DNA of 64,000 nucleotides from Candidatus Saccharimonadota bacterium (GTDB lineage: Bacteria > Patescibacteriota > Saccharimonadia > Saccharimonadales > Saccharimonadaceae), in assembly GCA_905372275.1 (NCBI GenBank), contig CAJPON010000001.1, forward strand, positions 23,569 to 87,568, given 5' to 3'. Positions 49,625 to 57,224 of this stretch are shown in pieces. The notes under the pieces are model-generated. The model did no database searches and was not told the origin of the DNA. It was given only the letters and a program-made list of their open reading frames with translations. The position numbers and the translations under genes are program-made. Within the stretch, counting starts at the first letter, position 1. The number at the start of each line of letters is the position of its first letter.

Positions 49625-50096
49625 TCTCGATTCCTTTCACAAAAAACAGCCACCGCGTCATTCCAGACTTATCGCCGAAAGCTGGTTTTTGAGGTAATGT
49701 TTTTAGTAACTCAGTGGTTTTAATGTCGCGCTCGCTCCACTTCATAGCGACGACGCAGCCAGGCTTTACGACGCGTAGGCATTCGCTCAAGCCTTTACTC
49801 AGGGTATCTTGCCAAGTGTCTTTGTCTAATTTGCCGTACTTTTTAGCGAGCCAGCTGTTCTTGCCGCAGTTTATGAGGTGGGGCGGATCGAATACGACAA
49901 AATTGAAAGAGTTGTTAGGCTCATCTAGATTAGTAAAGTCGGCAATGTAGTCGGGCTCGATGTTTAGTGTTCGAATTACCTCACGGTCTTTCATCTCGAC
50001 TACCTCGCTTCTTTTATCGAGGTATAGTATGTTCGGGTGGTTTTTCTCAAAGTAAAACATACGACCGCCACAGCATGGATCTAGGATTGTCTGCAT
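49614..50096 (-). CDS. SAM-dependent methyltransferase (DPPH; likely amino-methyltransferase)
   Basis: ILDPCCGGRMF, FDPPH, ECLRVVKPG. Confidence 0.8.
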   Translation of the reverse strand: MQTILDPCCGGRMFYFEKNHPNILYLDKRSEVVEMKDREVIRTLNIEPDYIADFTNLDEPNNSFNFVVFDPPHLINCGKNSWLAKKYGKLDKDTWQDTLSKGLSECLRVVKPGCVVAMKWSERDIKTTELLKTLPQKPAFGDKSGMTRWLFFVKGIENEY

Positions 50097-50359
50097 GGCT
50101 GTTTCTCCTTTGCTTCTCTAATTTCTTTAATAAAACGCTCAGTCAGCTCTCCGGTGTCTTTGTAGCAGAGAATTCTATCAAAAGGCTGAGCGTCAGCATA
50201 TTTATCTAGAAACTCGTTTAGTTTTTTAGCGTCTTTGTTGAGCAGGTGTCCGCACATTCTATCAATCGGTGCCGCTTCAACGAGCGTACTATCAAAAATA
50301 AAGATATTCATCTGAACATCGTCCGCAATTGGTCGGCGGCCAATCCAAATATATTTCAT
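50081..50359 (-). CDS. hypothetical phage protein
   Basis: 92 aa, overlap-coupled. Confidence 0.6.
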   Translation of the reverse strand: MKYIWIGRRPIADDVQMNIFIFDSTLVEAAPIDRMCGHLLNKDAKKLNEFLDKYADAQPFDRILCYKDTGELTERFIKEIREAKEKQPCRQS

Positions 50360-50754
50360 TTCTCCTCCAATAATTCAGGGTTTTCGTGGATATTACCAAC
50401 GACTTGAAAAACAGAAACACCCAGCTGCCACAACTCTGAAATCACATACTGGTACAACCTGCCAATCTGTGCCCCCATGCCAAAACTTGCTAGTTTCGGA
50501 CAGTAAACAACTCCACGGGTGAATTTTTTGTGAGATATTTTAAATTTGAGTATATCTCCCTCACAAATCTCTGCGCCATTCCTGTCCTTTAGCCCTATAT
50601 ATTGCTCAATCACCAGCCGTCCCTCAATAGGAATCGGCTCATTGTCACCCTCAAGTCTTGCTGATACGAGTTTATCGCCTTGCCAGTGCAGCGATACGAC
50701 TTTGCGCATTCTTTTTTCTAGGTTATCCCAGGCTCTGAATTTTAGTTCTCGCAT
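50356..50754 (-). CDS. YopX family protein
   Basis: RELKFRAWD, QY.GLKD.NG.EI.EGDI, VGNIHENPELL. Confidence 0.9.
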   Translation of the reverse strand: MRELKFRAWDNLEKRMRKVVSLHWQGDKLVSARLEGDNEPIPIEGRLVIEQYIGLKDRNGAEICEGDILKFKISHKKFTRGVVYCPKLASFGMGAQIGRLYQYVISELWQLGVSVFQVVGNIHENPELLEEK

Positions 50755-50978
50755 GCATCAACTCCTAACTCTGCTACGCCAATTCGCTCTAATGCCATCT
50801 CGTTTGCCATAACAAAAATATAGGCAGTGCCGACAGATTTTGCGCCTGGAATTGGCACACCGATTATATATCTTGTGTCGTTGTCGAGTTCTTTGACTTC
50901 GTTCACAATCCCCAAAGCACCGCACCATTTATGGTTTTCATTGAATTGTACGACGTCGTTGAGTTTTAACTTTATCAC
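50742..50978 (-). CDS. hypothetical phage protein
   Basis: 78 aa, DVVQFNE.HKW.G.LG. Confidence 0.65.
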   Translation of the reverse strand: MIKLKLNDVVQFNENHKWCGALGIVNEVKELDNDTRYIIGVPIPGAKSVGTAYIFVMANEMALERIGVAELGVDACEN

Positions 50979-51202
50979 AACACGTCCTCCGCCTCGATAA
51001 CCTTCACATCACCAACAGTGTCTGCCTCTGATACATCTCGAACATCATAACCCCAAATCTCGTCAAAATCGACATTTACGAGGTTTTGTTCGTCTTGCAC
51101 GCATCGCTTGGCGACTTGTTTTGCCTGCTCAAGATTGTCGGCTTTAATAAAAATTCTTCCCATGATAGTTTGCTCAATCTCTGCTTCGTAAATCATTGAC
51201 AT
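50975..51202 (-). CDS. small acidic hypothetical protein
   Basis: 75 aa, AAGGAG SD. Confidence 0.65.
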   Translation of the reverse strand: MSMIYEAEIEQTIMGRIFIKADNLEQAKQVAKRCVQDEQNLVNVDFDEIWGYDVRDVSEADTVGDVKVIEAEDVL

Positions 51203-51233
51203 CTCCTTTATCTACGTCCACAAGATTAGTGGT

Positions 51234-51671
51234 TTAGTTGACATTACCGCTTCCAATCATGAGATGTCCATCTTCCAAAAATCTATGATATAAACTTTTA
51301 CCTGAGCTAGTGACTGTGTAGGGCAAAAATACTTGCGTCGTCGTTACCATCTTCGTTTCTATGATAGCCACTTGAGCATCTACCCAATCTTTAGTAATAC
51401 GCCAGGCTGTACGACGCGCCTGTTCTTCAAGGCGACTTTTTGGTACAGCACGCTGGCGCTCTAACACTTGAGCAACCGGCCGCCAGTCGGTAGGTAGGCT
51501 AAATGCCAATTGTTGACCATTGAGATCCAATTGAAAGCTAAGAGCGACAACATTGCCTGTATCGTCGTACTCGGTCATAATACGCTTTGCGCCAACATAG
51601 GCGAGCTTGCCTTGAATCTCGCTCAGTGTTTTTTCGACCGATATGCTCGTTGTATAATTTTTCAATGCCAT
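51234..51671 (-). CDS. hypothetical phage protein
   Basis: KNYTT......T..EIQ..L, QA.R.AWRI.KDWV.AQ; AGGAGG SD. Confidence 0.75.
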   Translation of the reverse strand: MALKNYTTSISVEKTLSEIQGKLAYVGAKRIMTEYDDTGNVVALSFQLDLNGQQLAFSLPTDWRPVAQVLERQRAVPKSRLEEQARRTAWRITKDWVDAQVAIIETKMVTTTQVFLPYTVTSSGKSLYHRFLEDGHLMIGSGNVN

Positions 51672-51682
51672 TATAATCCTCC

Positions 51683-52463
51683 TTATTTACACGAAATCGT
51701 GTAGTTTAATTCAACCGTCATCTTAATTGCCCTAAATATTTCCATCGCCACCTGCGGCACTATTGCGTTGCCGTAGGCTTTGATTGATTCGTTCCGCCAC
51801 TTGGCGAAGCTATAGGAAATTCCGTCCACTTCTCTGGAAAGCCCATCATCCATTCGGGCATTGCAGGTTGCAAGCGCAACTTCTCGCCAGTCTCTGCGCC
51901 AATCTGGGTAGCAAGGTTTGGCATTGTCGTTCCGTTTCGGTACTTCGCCATCCTCGCCTTGAATTTCTCTAAATCCTGCTCGGTTTCTCTTGTTTTTGGC
52001 GTGAGCAATAATCCAGACCCTGTCTCGCCGGTGTGGGGCATTGACGGCGCAAGCTGGAATAATAAACGGTTGGACTTCGTAGTTTTGGCCTTCCAGGTCA
52101 GTGCACACCTGCTCGAGTACCATGCCGTTGTTCCAAGTAACGAGGCCACGCACATTTTCAGCGATGACCCAGTCTGGTTTGACGTTTTGTATGACTTGAA
52201 ACATGTTCGGCCACTGGTAGCGGTCGTCTCGCGGTTTCTGTTTTGGCGATACCATCCTGGTATCTCTGTCTGTTGGTGTCGGTAACAAGGTCGGCGATGT
52301 CGCCATAGAATATTCCGTTCGGCCAGTGTTTTTTAAGCACTGCGGCTGGGAACTCTGCCCATTCGCAGAAGATATGGTTGATTTTTGCTTCATTAAATAC
52401 CTCCTCCAGCGCTAGCGAAAAGCCGCCTATACCTGCGAATAAATCGTAGTGTGTTATGTTCAT
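51683..52463 (-). pseudogene. C5 cytosine DNA methyltransferase, frameshifted and lacking the PCQ motif
   Basis: Motif I (DLFAGIGG) in one frame; ENV, HRRDRVW and GNAIV in another; no PC catalytic motif. Confidence 0.75.
51760..52041 (-). CDS. nested alternative-frame methyltransferase beta subunit (motif IX)
   Basis: RLQP...EWMMGFPEKWT in the frame overlapping the MTase C-terminal half. Confidence 0.55.
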   Translation of the reverse strand: MPHTGETGSGLLLTPKTRETEQDLEKFKARMAKYRNGTTMPNLATQIGAETGEKLRLQPAMPEWMMGFPEKWTEFPIASPSGGTNQSKPTATQ

Positions 52464-52516
52464 TTGTTGTCCTTATGTTAAATGTATGTAAAGTACATGT
52501 ATGTTGTTTACATGTT

Positions 52517-52678
52517 CTATTGATGTTTATTCGCTAAATAGCGCAAGAATACTTTTGTAATATTACGCGTAATTTTGTCTAACTTCTTATGAGATACGTC
52601 GTAAAATGCACCAAACAAAATACTATACACACTATCGTAAATCTTCTCTTCTTCAACAAGGTTCTTGTTTTTATCCAT
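52517..52678 (-). CDS. 53-aa hypothetical protein (not in ORF track)
   Basis: MDKNKNLVEEEKIY...LANKHQ fills the gap in operon orientation. Confidence 0.5.
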   Translation of the reverse strand: MDKNKNLVEEEKIYDSVYSILFGAFYDVSHKKLDKITRNITKVFLRYLANKHQ

Positions 52679-52709
52679 TTCTTATTCTCGCTTATTTGTA
52701 GTTGGTGAT

Positions 52710-53165
52710 TTCAACCGCATAACTGGTTGACTATATAAGCAGCTAGGAACAGACTCACACGGGACTTAATTTACATCTGCCCGTTACCAGCTAATGCTAT
52801 TAGAAAACACTTACTGCGATGAGCAACTAGCGACTGCTAGTTCACTGCTTATATAGCCAGTTGATAGCACCAAGGTTATCGACACCTGCCGTAGCCACTT
52901 CTACGGTACCAATTTGGTGCTACCAGTTGAGCAGACGATACACGTTGCACCGCATTGAAAATGTTTAAAAACTGACTCACAACGTTTCACGATTTTTCGG
53001 TCACGCGCCGAGGTGGCGTTGGCGCGCCCTAGGAAAGGATGTGCATATCATCTGTCCAGTTGAATAGACAATCGGGTGGATTTGAACCACCGTCGCGTAC
53101 GTACACGTGCTGCAGCGCGGCTCTACCAGCTAAGCTACGATTATCTATCCAGTTATGCGGTTGAA
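52710..53165 (-). ncRNA. hairpin-cassette array: four stem-closed units joined by CCAGTTGA inside a 17-bp inverted repeat
   Basis: Linkers at 52857, 52923, 53056; unit stems of 12, 9, ~10 and 11 bp; most G-U wobbles favour the minus strand. Confidence 0.7.
53064..53148 (-). ncRNA. tRNA-like unit with aberrant anticodon arm
   Basis: D arm GCTT-AGCTGGTA-GAGC, T arm GGTGG-TTCAAAT-CCACC, 11-bp acceptor-like stem, no CCA. Confidence 0.65.
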
Positions 53166-53268
53166 TTGTTAATGTTCGCCCAGTTTTTTGACGTATGGTA
53201 GGTCATTAGTAAATAGCGTTTATGCATCACTGTAGAATACATGTTTTAGGAATCTGTATCTAACGGGG

Positions 53269-53433
53269 CTATTTTTCCTCCTTTGCGGCATAAAATCCAA
53301 ACGTGTTAATGAAAAATAGTATTAAATAGAATATTGATCCAGTGTATTGCTTAGCCATAGCAGCAAATATCACTGAAGCTGCACCAGATATCATACCGAT
53401 GATACAGATTGTCATGAGTATTTTACGTTCCAT
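53269..53433 (-). CDS. 54-aa two-TM protein (not in ORF track)
   Basis: MERKILMTICIIG...FGFYAAKEEK; AGGAG SD. Confidence 0.6.
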   Translation of the reverse strand: MERKILMTICIIGMISGAASVIFAAMAKQYTGSIFYLILFFINTFGFYAAKEEK

Positions 53434-53444
53434 TATTGAGTCTC

Positions 53445-53876
53445 CTAGGAAAAGATTAATATCAAATTATCGTTTAATTTATAGGGCACGACTCTAGTAT
53501 CTCTGTCGTTCCAACTGATAGCCCTTCTGGATTCTAGCCACCCAATCAAACCGGCTATTCTGTCACCTTCGTAGTTTCTATTCATAAGTGCACCCAATAG
53601 AACTCGTCGATCTCTCGCGTCCCGCCACTCCTTTGTTCGTGTGTTTTCGTAGAAAGATTCAAGCCTCTCCTCTCTATACTTATGAGTGTCGAGGATAGCT
53701 TCTATTAACACATCCAATTTTTTAACAACAACTTTAACTAAACCATCGGGACGGTCAATATGAATCGGACGTTCTTCTAAGCCGTAATACAGGCTGCAAG
53801 CCGATTCTATGTCTTTGCTATACAACTTATAACAATCCTCCGTTCCCTCTATATATACAAGTACTTCACCTTTCAT
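53445..53876 (-). CDS. hypothetical phage protein
   Basis: 143-aa ORF. Confidence 0.65.
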   Translation of the reverse strand: MKGEVLVYIEGTEDCYKLYSKDIESACSLYYGLEERPIHIDRPDGLVKVVVKKLDVLIEAILDTHKYREERLESFYENTRTKEWRDARDRRVLLGALMNRNYEGDRIAGLIGWLESRRAISWNDRDTRVVPYKLNDNLILIFS

Positions 53877-53970
53877 ATCGTGCCCTTTCTATTAGCTAAT
53901 TTCTACCTCATCTTTTTTCTAGCATCAGGTCGCGAAAAGTAGTCGTCTCTGACATATCTAAAAGTCCCAT

Positions 53971-54549
53971 TTAACAATCCTCCACGTTGAAGTAGGCTAG
54001 CCAGTCTTTTTCATTTTCTTTGATAGACTTTTCAGCTTCTTCTTCAGTTCTATAATGTACAGGCTCGCCAGCATTATTAGAGCTAGTTCTATATGTGAAA
54101 AGACTTTTAGTCTTGTAACTATAATAGACAATCCACCCACCGTTACCATTCTCAAAGTCTGGCTTAAAGTTTGAGGTTCGGCGCAGTCTGGTTTCGGCTA
54201 GTTCACGGTCACGAGCTTGTTCGGCTTCTGCTTTAGTACGGAATATTTTACCAGTACGCCAAGCGTTATAATCACGTAGTATTCCGATATAAGATGTTGG
54301 TCTTATGTTGGCGTTCTCAAGAATAAAACACCTATCGCCGATTCTAGGTTTCCAATGAATACTATCAGTCGGCTCTTCTTGTATTTCTTCAAAGAGCTCT
54401 TCAAAAAGTCCATTACCGATGAAAGTAGTACCTACACCGTTATTTGTAGTTATCAGTGTTTTTACACCAAAAATCGGCTCGCCTTCCGACAATATAGTAC
54501 CTTTTTTAAGGTTTGGTAAATCTTTAAGCAGTTTATAGCGTTTCATCAT
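53971..54549 (-). CDS. hypothetical phage protein
   Basis: 192 aa, KRYKLLKDLP..K.G; GGAGG SD. Confidence 0.7.
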   Translation of the reverse strand: MMKRYKLLKDLPNLKKGTILSEGEPIFGVKTLITTNNGVGTTFIGNGLFEELFEEIQEEPTDSIHWKPRIGDRCFILENANIRPTSYIGILRDYNAWRTGKIFRTKAEAEQARDRELAETRLRRTSNFKPDFENGNGGWIVYYSYKTKSLFTYRTSSNNAGEPVHYRTEEEAEKSIKENEKDWLAYFNVEDC

Positions 54550-54862
54550 ATACCTCCGTTTTAGGTTTCCTAAAATAACAACCAGAGTCGTCTGAAAATC
54601 TTATGGTATATTGTGTAAATTCTCGTCTATCTTCATCTCTATAAACACAATGGTGAACATCTACAACATGCGGTCGTTCGGTTTTCTCTGCTGGCGCTTT
54701 ATTGGCGCTGGCATAGAGAAGTCCATCGCGCATACCCTTTACTTTACCTTCTAGCTCAGCAACTTTTATATTAATATCTGTTATGGATTGTAATAGTTCT
54801 GGAGTTCTAGTTCCGCCAAGTATTTTTTGTATAACTTCGTTTAGTTCTTTTGCTATATTCAT
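54533..54862 (-). CDS. hypothetical phage protein
   Basis: 109-aa coupled ORF. Confidence 0.6.
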   Translation of the reverse strand: MNIAKELNEVIQKILGGTRTPELLQSITDINIKVAELEGKVKGMRDGLLYASANKAPAEKTERPHVVDVHHCVYRDEDRREFTQYTIRFSDDSGCYFRKPKTEVYDETL

Positions 54863-54873
54863 AGATTCTCGTC

Positions 54874-55047
54874 TTATTTATCCTTATATTCCTCTACAGA
54901 AAGAGTGATTATCTTATAACCTTTTTCTTCTAGTTGTTTCTGGATGCCTTTCCAGACTTCTGCCACAATATTCTCTTTTTTAGTGTCTGAAGTGATATAT
55001 CCTAATATCTCACTACCTTTATGATCAACCGTCACGATTAGTTTCAT
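54874..55047 (-). CDS. 57-aa hypothetical protein (not in ORF track)
   Basis: AGGAGGTGA SD before MKLIVTVDHK. Confidence 0.6.
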   Translation of the reverse strand: MKLIVTVDHKGSEILGYITSDTKKENIVAEVWKGIQKQLEEKGYKIITLSVEEYKDK

Positions 55048-55201
55048 TATTCACCTCCTAGGGTGGACTCTGGCTGTTACTAGAATTTGAGAACTGTACC
55101 AATATCTAAAGTAATTAAGAATCTTAAATTTTAGTCATTTAACCCGTATACACTGTTAAACAGGAAAACCAGCGTAAAATCAGGCACCAGATTATTAGTT
55201 G

Positions 55202-55732
55202 TTATTGTCTCGAAGTCTTAAAACTTCGTTTGTTACGTTTTTGGAATACTACCTCGTACGTATAATCAGGGTGGGCGGGAAGCCAAACATTCTCTAGTAT
55301 CTTCCGCCGCCACTTGTAGTCGTCGGTTTCCACTCCCTTAGCTTCTCGTAAAGTAAATGAGCCATCTAAGTTGTGGATCCTGAAGTCTACTTTATGTCGG
55401 TAGGGGAATGCTTTATTACCGTTTTCATCGTATACCCAGCCTTCAATCCGATATTGCGTGTCGTAATCCTTTATCTGGCCAAGTTTTTTCTCAACCTCTA
55501 GGTCTGCGGCCACTTGCGCTTCAAACTTTGAATCGTATATCTTACCGTTCATTTCAGTACGCTTAGCACCATACTTATTGGTTTTCCCGACTCTGCCAAT
55601 CTCTACACCGCAATTACGACAGGATAGCCTTCCTCGGGAAAGCATCAGGTGTTTTGACTGGCATTCAGGGCAAGATGCAGTAGATCGTATGTCGTTTATG
55701 TCAAACTTCTTATGTGTTGCTCTTATGTACAC
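55202..55732 (-). CDS. DUF1064-like PD-(D/E)xK nuclease with N-terminal Zn ribbon
   Basis: CPEC...CRNC; NKYGAKRT..NG..YDSK.EA, VDF, EAKG. Confidence 0.75.
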   Translation of the reverse strand: MYIRATHKKFDINDIRSTASCPECQSKHLMLSRGRLSCRNCGVEIGRVGKTNKYGAKRTEMNGKIYDSKFEAQVAADLEVEKKLGQIKDYDTQYRIEGWVYDENGNKAFPYRHKVDFRIHNLDGSFTLREAKGVETDDYKWRRKILENVWLPAHPDYTYEVVFQKRNKRSFKTSRQ

Positions 55733-55871
55733 GCACCCTCTCCTTTCTTTGCTTGCGCCGCTTCATACGAGCGCGCCAGTTGCTAACCCGCCTTGCTAGA
55801 TAATCCTCGCTTTTTAGCCGTTCATATTTCAACTCAAAACTATCTAACAGGCTTGTTGTTTTACTATTCAT
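55710..55871 (-). CDS. 53-aa arginine-rich protein (not in ORF track)
   Basis: ATGA overlap with upstream stop; RRVSNWRARMKRRKQRKER. Confidence 0.55.
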   Translation of the reverse strand: MNSKTTSLLDSFELKYERLKSEDYLARRVSNWRARMKRRKQRKERVRVHKSNT

Positions 55872-56544
55872 CGCAAAAACTCCTTATACGCACCGTTTCG
55901 GTAGTTAGTCCAAGCTGTATATCCTTGACTTTGCCAAACTCGATATGCAACTTTTACAACAGTTGCCGTATCGTTTCTGTTTTCGTCAGAGCGAAAATGT
56001 ACACAACCAACCTGTAACACACCGTAACTGCCGATGCACACTCTGTGATTCTCGGTATTAGTTAGGTTATGATTTAGTGGGTCGCAGTCTCTATTCTCAG
56101 CTCTGGCGATAGCCATCATTAGCCGGACACTCCAGTTTGGATATTTAACCAGCTCTTGTCGAACCAATTCGCAGCCCGCTGGTACAGCTGGTTTTGGCGG
56201 CGCAGATGGTATTACCACAGTCTTTGTCGCTGGAATTGGCGTATTTTGCGGTTTCTGCGGTGGTTGTGGTGGCGGGTCAGCCTTTGGCTTGCCAGTAGGT
56301 ACGGCTGGTTTACCTACTGGTTTGATTTTGACAGCTGCTTCGCGAGGCTTATTACTTCAGCGTTACGCTGGACAGTATGCTGTTTGCCGTAGTGATAGCC
56401 GATACCGGTACAGACAGCGGCAAATGTTACGATTGATACGATGATGAGCGTTATCTTCATCGCTTCGTATTTGATTTTGTTGATGGTTACTGTTTTCATT
56501 GTTTTCTCCTTTTTGGTTTTAGATGTTTTGTTGAATAGTTTCAT
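55868..56544 (-). CDS. TM anchor plus Pro-rich linker plus lytic-transglycosylase-like domain, joined by a -1 frameshift near 56326
   Basis: ORF 56314-56544 has a TM; the -1 frame is open through to IARAE...GVLQV...AW; AAAA run followed by a 10-bp hairpin. Confidence 0.6.
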
Positions 56545-56985
56545 AGTCGTCTCCTTGATTCGGACGAGCTGCTAAGTATAACGGGTAATCATTGAGCATT
56601 AGAAGTTACGATGTTGCAGTTCGTCCGAGAGGTTAGGGTTACCGTTCAATAACCCTCGCAGCGGCTATTGAACGGTAGGCTAGCGTTACGCGAACAGTGA
56701 AGACTAATATCTCCTCTCACACCCCCAACGACTGATGTCTGCTCGAAAGAAATCTTAGCCTCCACGACTCGCGCAGCGATAACCGTGATGCACCAAGCCT
56801 CGTATGGGGGTTGGAGAAAGTGGGACATATAAAGTTTTTACTGCTAGCAACCCCCATATGAAGCTTGATGCTGATTGATATGAATCCTGATTGTTAAGGT
56901 GATCGCCCTGTAGATTACTGCCGCGCCCTCATGTATATTTGCGCCGTACTTTCTGTAACGATAGCTTTTTCGCTTTCGGAGACCG

Positions 56986-57009
56986 ACAATTCACTGATTG
57001 GCGACCTCA
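56986..57009. repeat. 24-nt inverted repeat, copy A' (partner 22557-22580)
   Basis: acaattcactgattggcgacctca. Confidence 0.9.
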
Positions 57010-57014
57010 GTTAA

Positions 57015-57059
57015 ACGAAAAAGTGAGGAGCCCACATCGATTGCTCCTCACTTTTTCGT
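57015..57059. terminator. bidirectional terminator T2
   Basis: acgaaaaagtgaggagc / gctcctcactttttcgt 17-bp perfect stem. Confidence 0.8.
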
Positions 57060-57061
57060 AC

Positions 57062-57094
57062 AAATAAAAAACCGATGTGGGTAATCACATCGGT
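57062..57094 (-). terminator. terminator T1 just inside the right att
   Basis: ACCGATGTG-ATTACC-CACATCGGT followed by TTTTTATTT. Confidence 0.75.
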
Positions 57095-57113
57095 ATGTCG
57101 GTATAAATTTTAA

Positions 57114-57155
57114 GTTTACAAAACAGCTGCTCTAGCCAGCTGAGCTAAGTCGGCA
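57114..57155. repeat. att core, right copy (displaced 5' half of tRNA-Thr)
   Basis: Identical to 21141-21182. Confidence 0.95.
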
Positions 57156-57190
57156 TAAATTGAAAGGTACGACCCGAAAGCACACCTAAC

Positions 57191-57219
57191 AGTGTAGCGT
57201 ATTTGCGTAACCTTGGCAA
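57191..57219 (-). promoter_or_regulatory. original host tRNA promoter, now facing the prophage
   Basis: TTGCCA-17 nt-TACACT, 36 nt upstream of the tRNA 5' fragment. Confidence 0.7.
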
Positions 57220-57224
57220 GTGTT

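Larger units (their letters stand above)
21141..57155 (-). mobile_element. ~36 kb podovirus-like prophage
   Basis: 42-bp att direct repeats, tyrosine integrase, TerS/TerL, portal, scaffold, capsid, tail, lysin; no tape measure or sheath. Confidence 0.95.

Noticed and set aside
53064..53148. Functional phage tRNA gene
   Set aside because: No 7-nt anticodon loop, no CCA, abnormal acceptor length
52710..53165. Classical integron attC cassettes
   Set aside because: Only two of the junctions fit GTTRRRY, there is no RYYYAAC-bounded attC after ORFs, and the integrase is too short to show the IntI insertion
57114..57155. Second tRNA-Thr gene
   Set aside because: Only the 5' half; it is the att duplicate
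21141..57155. Diversity-generating retroelement, retron or alternative genetic code
   Set aside because: No reverse transcriptase, no TR/VR pair seen, and long genes read through in code 11
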